Source: an uncultured Caldisericota bacterium
GTDB taxonomy: Bacteria > Caldisericota > Caldisericia > UBA6126
Assembly (NCBI GenBank): GCA_964427915.1
Contig: CAYRWA010000001.1
Location: forward strand, 1,619-65,618
Reading direction: 5' to 3'
DNA: 64,000 nt
The position numbers were made by a program, and so were the translations under genes. This document shows, one piece after another, positions 1 through 6,734 of this stretch (positions within the stretch are counted from its first letter, which is position 1; the number at the start of each line of letters is the position of its first letter). The notes beneath the pieces were generated by a model. It saw only the letters and a program-made list of their open reading frames with translations, was not told the DNA's origin and ran no database searches.

Positions 1-2588
1 TGTTTTATGGCAATGGCTGCAATTGTATGATCTCGGAAGGTATTCGAACCAATTAAAAGAATGCAGTTAGTTTGAGTGATTTCATCTAAAGTATTAGGAG
101 AAGCATCGTATCCAAACACCTCCGATAATCCACCTATATGCGAATTAAAGTTAGTCACCATAGGAGTTTGTAATACAGACTTGCTCCATTGTTTTGCGAC
201 ATACATGTCTTCCAATGTCCATTGATCGGATACAGAGACTGCAATGCTATCCGAACCATATCGAAAACGAATGCTTTCTAATTTTTTTGCGGTATAGAAA
301 AAAGCCTCTTCCCAGGTAGTTTCTTTTAGCTCATTATGAAGCCGTATGAGAGGATTTTTTAATCGTTTGTCATCTCGTAGGATATTGTATCCAAATCGTC
401 CTTTGACACACAAAAGACCCTGGTCTACTTTGCTTTCTGGATCAGGCAAAGCACGAACGGCCATATTGCCACGTGTTTCCATTAGGATATTACATCCTAT
501 GCTGCAATATGAACAAATTTGTTTACTCGTATTCGTTTCCATAGGACATGGTTTGGTGATCTGCAATTTTTCTTGCAGAGCTCCTGTAGGACAAACAGAA
601 ATACATTGCCCGCACGAAATGCAATCGGTATCTTCCAGTGGTAGACTCATGTCGGGATGAACAATTGTATCAAATCCTCTATCAACCAACCCCAAAGCAG
701 TTACTCCCATAACCTCATTGCATATTCTTACACAGAGACTGCAAAGAATACATTTATCAGGATTTCTGGAAATAAAGGGGTGAGAATCTTGTATCTCTCT
801 ATGGTGCTTGTCGCCAAATAGTGCTTCTGGTTGGACTCTGTAGTCCTTAGAATATTGAATGAGTTTGCATTCAAAGTAATCGGGGCAACCACACTCTAGA
901 CATCTTTTTGCATCCTGTATTGCAGCCTGCGCTGAATAGCCTTTCACGATTTCTAAAAAATTATCGCTCCGCTGATCAGGTTCTAAAAGCTCCATGGGTG
1001 GTCGAGGTTCCGTTGGTCGATGAGAAAATTCATCCTCAGAAACGTCATCTCGGGTAACAAGGTATGGTTTAGCATAAGGAGTTTCTAGCCCATACAAGTA
1101 GGTATGGATAACATCTGCTGCAATCTTGCCGTCTCCGATAGCTTGGATAGCAATTTTCTGGTTATCATTGATGGCATCGCCTCCAGCAAAGACTCCTTGA
1201 ATGCTGGTAGAAAATGTTTTTTGATCGGAAGCAATGGTACTTCTTTTTGTTAACTCTATGCCTTCTAAGCCCTCTACATTCACGTACTGCCCAATAGCTA
1301 TAACAAGAGAATCAATGGAAAGAGTTTCTTCTTGTCCTTCTAGCGGAACAGGTCTTCTTCTACCGCTGCTATCAGGCTTTCCGAGTTCCATTTTTTGGAG
1401 TCGAATAGAATCAACATTGCCATTCTTTCCATGAACTTCTAGTGGACTGACGAGAAAATGGAATTGGATGCCTTCTTCTTCGCATTCTACAATTTCAATT
1501 TCTTCAGCAGGCATTTCATCTCGGGTTCTTCGATACAAAACATAGACTTCTTCTGCTCCCAATCGTTTTGCTGTTCGGCAAGCGTCCATTGCAGTATTGC
1601 CCCCGCCAACAACAGCTACTCTTTTTCCAATAGGAACGGGTTTGTTTTGAATCACATTTGCCAAAAAGTGAATGCCTCCATATACTCGTCCTAGATCTTC
1701 TCCGGGAATGCCCAAATCGATACTGCTCCAGCAACCAATAGATAGATAGACAGCATCATATTCTGTTTGTAAGGATTGTAGAGTGATGTCTTTGCCAAGC
1801 TTCATGTTGTTTTTGAAACAAGCACCCATCTGCTCAATAATAGCAATTTCTTTGTCAACTATTGTTTTGGGTAAGCGATACTCTGGAATGCCATATTTTA
1901 ACATCCCCCCCATTTCGGGCATCATGTCGAAAATTGTAACCTCATGCCCTTTGAGCAATAAGTAATAACCTGCTGACAAACCGCCAGGTCCTCCTCCAAC
2001 AATAGCCACTTTTTTTCCTGTTGAAGGTTGCATAGGTGGAATATAGGGATCATCAAGGTCAATATCAGCTACAAAACGCTTTAACCATGCTATTGAAATG
2101 GGTTCGTCTTTCAGTTCACGACGACACTCTTCTTCGCAAGGATGAGGACATACTCTACCAATGGAAGCAGGCAGGGGAAGTTGTTCTTTGATCAGTTTTA
2201 ATGCTTCTTTAAATTCCCCGTTTCCTATCAACCCCACATATCCCTGGCAATCTGTTTGGCCTGGACATGCTAGCACACAAGGTGGTCGACAATCGCCCGT
2301 ATGATCCGTTAGTAACAGTTCTAATGTAGTTTTTCGAGAAGACTGAATTTTCTCCGTCTTGGTATATATGACCATATTTTCAGATATTTCTGTAGCACAG
2401 GCCCTGAATAATTTTGGACTACCCTCTATTTCTACAACGCAGAGACCGCATCCTCCATATGGTTGGATTCTTTTGTCATAACAAAGAGTTGGGATATCAA
2501 TACTGTTTTGTTTAGCGACATCAAGTATCGTCTGCCCCTTTTGTCCTTCAACTTCTATACCATCGATATTAAGTTTGATTTTTGACAT
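1..2588 (-). CDS. Multidomain Fe-S flavoprotein, N-terminal 862 codons only (continues past window start): NuoG-type [2Fe-2S] + GltD-like Fe-S/FAD/NAD(P)H module + 2x[4Fe-4S] + molybdopterin (Mo/W-bisPGD) oxidoreductase domain; formate-dehydrogenase-alpha-like
   Basis: Absent from the ORF track because it is open at the window edge. My reverse-complement translation from ATG 2588 (SD GAAAGGTGAG upstream) reads MSKIKLNIDGIEVEGQKGQTILD. Further motifs: LCYDKRIQPYGGCGLCVVEIEG, GRVCPHPCEEECRR, KKVAIVGGGPGGLSAGYY, KRVAVVGGGNTAMDACR, CISCGQCISVCPTGAL, CSYCSIGCNI...CVKGRFGY. No in-frame stop down to position 3. Confidence 0.75.
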   Translation of the reverse strand, partial: MSKIKLNIDGIEVEGQKGQTILDVAKQNSIDIPTLCYDKRIQPYGGCGLCVVEIEGSPKLFRACATEISENMVIYTKTEKIQSSRKTTLELLLTDHTGDCRPPCVLACPGQTDCQGYVGLIGNGEFKEALKLIKEQLPLPASIGRVCPHPCEEECRRELKDEPISIAWLKRFVADIDLDDPYIPPMQPSTGKKVAIVGGGPGGLSAGYYLLLKGHEVTIFDMMPEMGGMLKYGIPEYRLPKTIVDKEIAIIEQMGACFKNNMKLGKDITLQSLQTEYDAVYLSIGCWSSIDLGIPGEDLGRVYGGIHFLANVIQNKPVPIGKRVAVVGGGNTAMDACRTAKRLGAEEVYVLYRRTRDEMPAEEIEIVECEEEGIQFHFLVSPLEVHGKNGNVDSIRLQKMELGKPDSSGRRRPVPLEGQEETLSIDSLVIAIGQYVNVEGLEGIELTKRSTIASDQKTFSTSIQGVFAGGDAINDNQKIAIQAIGDGKIAADVIHTYLYGLETPYAKPYLVTRDDVSEDEFSHRPTEPRPPMELLEPDQRSDNFLEIVKGYSAQAAIQDAKRCLECGCPDYFECKLIQYSKDYRVQPEALFGDKHHREIQDSHPFISRNPDKCILCSLCVRICNEVMGVTALGLVDRGFDTIVHPDMSLPLEDTDCISCGQCISVCPTGALQEKLQITKPCPMETNTSKQICSYCSIGCNILMETRGNMAVRALPDPESKVDQGLLCVKGRFGYNILRDDKRLKNPLIRLHNELKETTWEEAFFYTAKKLESIRFRYGSDSIAVSVSDQWTLEDMYVAKQWSKSVLQTPMVTNFNSHIGGLSEVFGYDASPNTLDEITQTNCILLIGSNTFRDHTIAAIAIK

Positions 2589-2604
2589 GTTCTCACCTTT
2601 CTAT

Positions 2605-4356
2605 TTATAAAGCTTCAATAGCATTGAAGGTGCACACAGTTTTACATGTACCACACTTAATGCAGAGTTCTTGATCAATAGAGTGTACTTTCTTTGGTTC
2701 GCCACGTATGGCATCCGATGGACATTTTTTTGCACAAGCACCACACCCAACACATTGTTCTTCTTTTATGGTATACGTTAATAATTTCTTACAACTATGC
2801 GCTGGGCAGCGATGTTCATATATATGTGCTTCGTATTCATCTCGAAAGTATTGTAATGTGGTTAGAACAGGATTAGGAGCAGTTCCACCTAAAGCACAAA
2901 GAGACCCATCTTTTACTTTTTGACACAAATCTTCTAGCAATTCAATATCGCCATCCTTGCCTTTTCCATCTGTGATTCTTTCTAAAACTTCTAACATTCG
3001 TTTTGTTCCTACACGACATTGTACGCATTTTCCACACGATTCTTTGCAAGTAAAATCTAAAAAGAATCTCGCCATATCTACCATACAGGTAGTTTCATCC
3101 ATGACAACCATACCTCCAGAACCCATAATGGCTCCCGTGGCTGTAATAGATTCATAGTCAATAGGAGTATCAAGCAGGGACGCAGGAATACATCCGCCCG
3201 AGGGACCCCCCATCTGAACAGCCTTAAATTCCTTGTCATCTTGGATTCCTCCGCCAATATCAAAAATAACTTCACGGAGCGAGACTCCCATGGGAATCTC
3301 TATAAGTCCCCCACGCTTGATTTTACCGGCAAGTGCAAACACTTTTGTTCCTTTGCTTTTTTCTGTCCCTAACGCAGCAAAGGCCTCTCCTCCACGTCGC
3401 ATAATCCAGGGAACATTGGCAAACGTTTCCACATTGTTAATGTTAGTAGGTTTTCCCCAATAGCCTTTTTGTGCAGGAAATGGTGGTTTCAATCGTGGCA
3501 TTCCACGAAGCCCTTCTAGTGATGCAATTAAGGCAGTTTCTTCACCGCAAACAAAAGCACCTGCTCCTGCTTTGATCCAAATATCAAAGTCAAAACCCGT
3601 GCCAAAAATATTCTTTCCAAGGATCCCCTTGGTTCTTGCTTGTTCCAAAGCAATTTCCAATCGTTTGATGGCCAATGGATACTCGGCACGAACATAAATA
3701 ATTCCTTCATTTGCACCAATGGCATACCCTCCTATCATCATTCCTTCAATGACGCTATGTGGATCTCCTTCTAGAATGCTTCGATCCATAAAAGCTCCTG
3801 GGTCGCCTTCGTCACCGTTGCAAACAATATATTTGGGAGTATCTTTTTGTTGATAAGCAGCTCGCCATTTAAACCATGTAGGAAAACCAGCGCCACCCCT
3901 TCCTCGTAAACCAGAAATTTTTATGTCCTCTATTACTTCCATGGGTGTTTTGTTTTCAAGACAATTCTGTAGTGCCTTATAGCCTTCATTGGCAATGTAA
4001 TCTTCAATTTTTTCAGGATTGATAACCCCCGCATTTTGAAGAGCAATTCGTTTTTGTTTTTCCATGGCTGCTTTGTCTATAGGTTCCATCATAATAGCAC
4101 TGTTGGGTGGTTTATTGTGCAATGCAAAATCTAGTATTTCCGAAGCTTGCTCAGCCTTCACTGACACAAATGTAGTTTTCTGACCGTTGTCAGAAACAAC
4201 ATCGACAATGGGCTCTAGATAACAAGTTCCGCAACAACCTGCCAGTTCCAGATTCATCGTAAGATCTCTAGCATTTATTTCATTTTGTATGGCGGTTTTT
4301 ACTTTGTCAGATCCAGCAGCAATCCCGCAACTTCCCTGTCCAATGATAATTTTCAT
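2605..4356 (-). CDS. NuoF/HydB-like NADH-binding FMN Fe-S subunit (51 kDa family) with N-terminal thioredoxin-like [2Fe-2S] and C-terminal 2x[4Fe-4S] domains
   Basis: 583 aa. Motifs GRGGAGFPT, CNGDEGDPGAF, ESCGKCVQCRVG, CVGCGACAKKCP, CIKCGTCKTVC. ATGA overlap with the stop of the upstream nuoE-like gene. Confidence 0.9.
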   Translation of the reverse strand: MKIIIGQGSCGIAAGSDKVKTAIQNEINARDLTMNLELAGCCGTCYLEPIVDVVSDNGQKTTFVSVKAEQASEILDFALHNKPPNSAIMMEPIDKAAMEKQKRIALQNAGVINPEKIEDYIANEGYKALQNCLENKTPMEVIEDIKISGLRGRGGAGFPTWFKWRAAYQQKDTPKYIVCNGDEGDPGAFMDRSILEGDPHSVIEGMMIGGYAIGANEGIIYVRAEYPLAIKRLEIALEQARTKGILGKNIFGTGFDFDIWIKAGAGAFVCGEETALIASLEGLRGMPRLKPPFPAQKGYWGKPTNINNVETFANVPWIMRRGGEAFAALGTEKSKGTKVFALAGKIKRGGLIEIPMGVSLREVIFDIGGGIQDDKEFKAVQMGGPSGGCIPASLLDTPIDYESITATGAIMGSGGMVVMDETTCMVDMARFFLDFTCKESCGKCVQCRVGTKRMLEVLERITDGKGKDGDIELLEDLCQKVKDGSLCALGGTAPNPVLTTLQYFRDEYEAHIYEHRCPAHSCKKLLTYTIKEEQCVGCGACAKKCPSDAIRGEPKKVHSIDQELCIKCGTCKTVCTFNAIEAL

Positions 4357-4901
4357 GCATGATCCTCCTTTGTTTCAGAATGACTACTTTTCTTTCGTAA
4401 ATCTCGTAAAATAGTTCGTACTTTTTTCGGAGTCACTTTTGCATAGGTTTCTCCATTAATCATCATGACGGGGGATAGACTGCAACAACCCAAACAAGCC
4501 ACATTATTGAGGGTAAACAATCCATCTTTGGTTGTTTGCCCATTTTGAATTGATAGCTCATCACAGATGGTTTGTTCAATTTCGTCAGCGCCATTCACAT
4601 GACAAGCAGTACCTTTGCAAAGAAGTATCAAATACTCTCCAACCGGTTGCAACCGAAATTGGGTATAAAATGTTGCTACACCATATATGATGGGAGTTTT
4701 GATAGAGGTTGCTTTCGAGATGTATCGAATGATATCCCGAGGAAGATACCCATAAATAGACTGCGCTTTCTGTAAAATTGTGATCATACTACCCGGTTTG
4801 TTTTTGTACTGATTTAATGCTTCATCAAGTTGAGAAGTATCATGGGTTAATTCATCATTGTTTTTTTTACACGTTCTTGTCGACTCACTCCATTGACTCA
4901 T
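4353..4901 (-). CDS. NuoE/HydC-like [2Fe-2S] 24 kDa-family subunit
   Basis: ORF track gives 4353..4907. Motifs CKGTACHVNG and CLGCCSLSPVM. I prefer the second ATG (4901, MSQWSE) because the AAAGGA SD sits 6 nt upstream of it but directly abuts the first ATG. Confidence 0.88.
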   Translation of the reverse strand: MSQWSESTRTCKKNNDELTHDTSQLDEALNQYKNKPGSMITILQKAQSIYGYLPRDIIRYISKATSIKTPIIYGVATFYTQFRLQPVGEYLILLCKGTACHVNGADEIEQTICDELSIQNGQTTKDGLFTLNNVACLGCCSLSPVMMINGETYAKVTPKKVRTILRDLRKKSSHSETKEDHA

Positions 4902-4963
4902 GTTCATTCCTTTATTGGTTGTTTAAAAAAAAGAGGACTACATGGTTTCAATAGAAAAGTGTT

Positions 4964-5011
4964 TCAGAAGAAACATTGACGCCATTTATTGCACATCAAA
5001 AATAGATTCAT
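4964..5011 (-). other. Candidate 15-codon micro-ORF (MNLFLMCNKWRQCFF) in the leader of the nuoE-like operon
   Basis: ATG at 5011..5009 preceded by a perfect GGAGG (5018-5022 on the complement) with 6-nt spacing; TGA at 4966..4964. No homology evidence. Confidence 0.2.
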
Positions 5012-5142
5012 CACTTTCCTCCTGTAAATAAGAGAACAACTCTATGTAGAAAGTATAGATGAATGAGTATTTGTGTAAATAAAACCTGGATTTTTTTTCG
5101 CTCTAAAAAATAGAATATTGTAATCGTTTCTTTTTTTTCCTT

Positions 5143-5170
5143 TTGACAAGCAAGCTTATTTCAATAGAAT
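5143..5170 (+). promoter_or_regulatory. Candidate sigma-70-type promoter for gdh
   Basis: TTGACA (5143-5148), 16-nt spacer, TAGAAT (5165-5170), about 50 nt upstream of the gdh ATG. Confidence 0.4.
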
Positions 5171-5218
5171 GATCGTGATTTCGGTTTACTATTACACTTT
5201 GAGGAGGATACATTTAAA

Positions 5219-6505
5219 ATGTCCGACAAATCATTTAACGCTTTTAAAATGGCACAGGAACAGTTTGATGCAGTCGCAGAAAAATTGGATTTAGATCAAG
5301 GTACAAGAGCCTTGCTCCGCAACCCTCTCCGCGAATACCATTTCTCAATTCCTGTCCGTATGGATGATGGTTCATTTAAAGTTTTTCAAGGTTTTCGTGT
5401 TCAACATAATGATGCTAGAGGTCCTGCCAAGGGTGGCATTCGTTTTCACCCGCAAGAAACCATCGACACTGTCAGAGCTTTGGCCACTTGGATGACGTGG
5501 AAATGTGCTGTGGTAGATATTCCACTAGGTGGTGGTAAGGGAGGAGTCATTTGTGATCCTCACCAGCTAACAGAGCGCGAACAAGAAGGTATTTGCCGTG
5601 GTTGGATTCGACAACTTGCTTACAATATTGGTCCTGTTCAAGATGTACCAGCACCGGATGTTATGACATCCGCACAACATATGTTATGGATGATGGATGA
5701 GTATGAAACTATCCATCATGGTAAATTCCCTGGAGTTATTACTGGAAAGCCAGTTGGTATGGGAGGTTCTTTAGGTCGAACAGAAGCTACAGGATATGGT
5801 GTCATTTATACCGTCCGAGAAGCCCTTAGAGAACTGGGAATTGACATTCAAAAAACCACGGCAGCCTTCCAAGGGTATGGCAACGTATCACAATATGCCG
5901 TTAAGTTATACCAAGAATATGGCGGAAAGGCAATTTGCGTATCTTGCTGGGATCAAAATGATCAAAAATCCTATACCTTTGTCCGCAAATCTGGCATTAA
6001 CTGTGATGAATTGTTGTCAATTACCGATCGTTTTGGTGGCGTTGACAAAGAAAAAGCAGAACAACTTGGATACGAAGTAATGGACGGAAATGCTTGGATT
6101 GAACAAGATGTTGACATTCTAGTCCCTGCAGCACTGGAAAATCAAATCACCAAAGATACAGTCAACAAGATTTCCGCTAGAGTAAAGGTTATTGCAGAAG
6201 GAGCCAATGGTCCTACAACCCCCGAGGCAGATGCTATTATTCAAGAAAAAGGGATCTTTATGATTCCTGATTTCTTAGCCAATGCCGGTGGCGTTACTTG
6301 TAGCTATTTTGAACAAGTCCAGTGCAATATGAACTATTTTTGGTCCAAAGAAGAAACCCTTTCGAAGTTGGATGCAAAAATGACGGATGCCTATTTGAAA
6401 GTATCCGCCATGGCTCGCTCTCGTAATGAATATATGAGAGATGCTGCTTACATGATAGCCATTCAACATGTTGCTGATGCATGCAAGGTTCGAGGTTGGG
6501 TGTAA
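5219..6505 (+). CDS. gdh: Glutamate dehydrogenase, ~420-aa subfamily (RocG/GluD/archaeal-Thermotoga type)
   Basis: 428 aa. Motifs GPAKGGIRFHP, IPLGGGKGGV, GYGNVSQY (Rossmann), ANAGGVTCSYFE. SD GAGGAGG upstream. Confidence 0.93.
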   Translation: MSDKSFNAFKMAQEQFDAVAEKLDLDQGTRALLRNPLREYHFSIPVRMDDGSFKVFQGFRVQHNDARGPAKGGIRFHPQETIDTVRALATWMTWKCAVVDIPLGGGKGGVICDPHQLTEREQEGICRGWIRQLAYNIGPVQDVPAPDVMTSAQHMLWMMDEYETIHHGKFPGVITGKPVGMGGSLGRTEATGYGVIYTVREALRELGIDIQKTTAAFQGYGNVSQYAVKLYQEYGGKAICVSCWDQNDQKSYTFVRKSGINCDELLSITDRFGGVDKEKAEQLGYEVMDGNAWIEQDVDILVPAALENQITKDTVNKISARVKVIAEGANGPTTPEADAIIQEKGIFMIPDFLANAGGVTCSYFEQVQCNMNYFWSKEETLSKLDAKMTDAYLKVSAMARSRNEYMRDAAYMIAIQHVADACKVRGWV

Positions 6506-6525
6506 ATCCAATCTTTCCTGTTCAT

Positions 6526-6558
6526 AAAAAAAAGGGGGATCTTATCCCCCTTTTTTTT
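6526..6558. terminator. Rho-independent terminator after gdh (A-run/hairpin/T-run, potentially bidirectional)
   Basis: AAAAAAAAGGGGGAT-CTT-ATCCCCCTTTTTTTT. The 7-bp G/C-rich stem is extended by A:T pairs. Confidence 0.75.
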
Positions 6559-6689
6559 ATGACAAAAGTGTTACAAATTTTTTTATACTCAATTTCTATT
6601 TTCGGAACTTCTTTTCATCTTCTTCTATTTTCTATACAATGACTGTATTATGGCTTATACGAACAACTTTTTGAATAAAGGAATTGCCG

Positions 6690-6734
6690 ATGTTTTACAA
6701 ATGGCACTGCCACAATGAGTGTAAAAGAAAATGA
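6690..6734 (+). other. Candidate 14-codon upstream ORF (MFYKWHCHNECKRK) translationally coupled to the REC-PPDK_N gene
   Basis: AAAGGA SD 7 nt upstream of ATG 6690. Its TGA (6732-6734) overlaps ATG 6731 of the 978-aa gene (ATGA). That gene has no SD of its own. Confidence 0.3.

Noticed and set aside
346-1965. Six short ORFs (five + strand, plus 1516..1734 on the - strand) listed in the ORF track as the only features in the first 2.6 kb
   Set aside because: All lie inside or opposite a continuous 862-codon minus-strand reading frame with unmistakable Fe-S/flavin/molybdopterin motifs. That frame is missing from the track only because it is open at the window edge. These are shadow ORFs.
1-2588. 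Possible selenocysteine (in-frame TGA) recoding in the formate-dehydrogenase-like gene
   Set aside because: There is no in-frame stop anywhere in the visible 862 codons. The position I align with the Sec/Cys ligand is a TCG Ser codon. Nothing here supports recoding.
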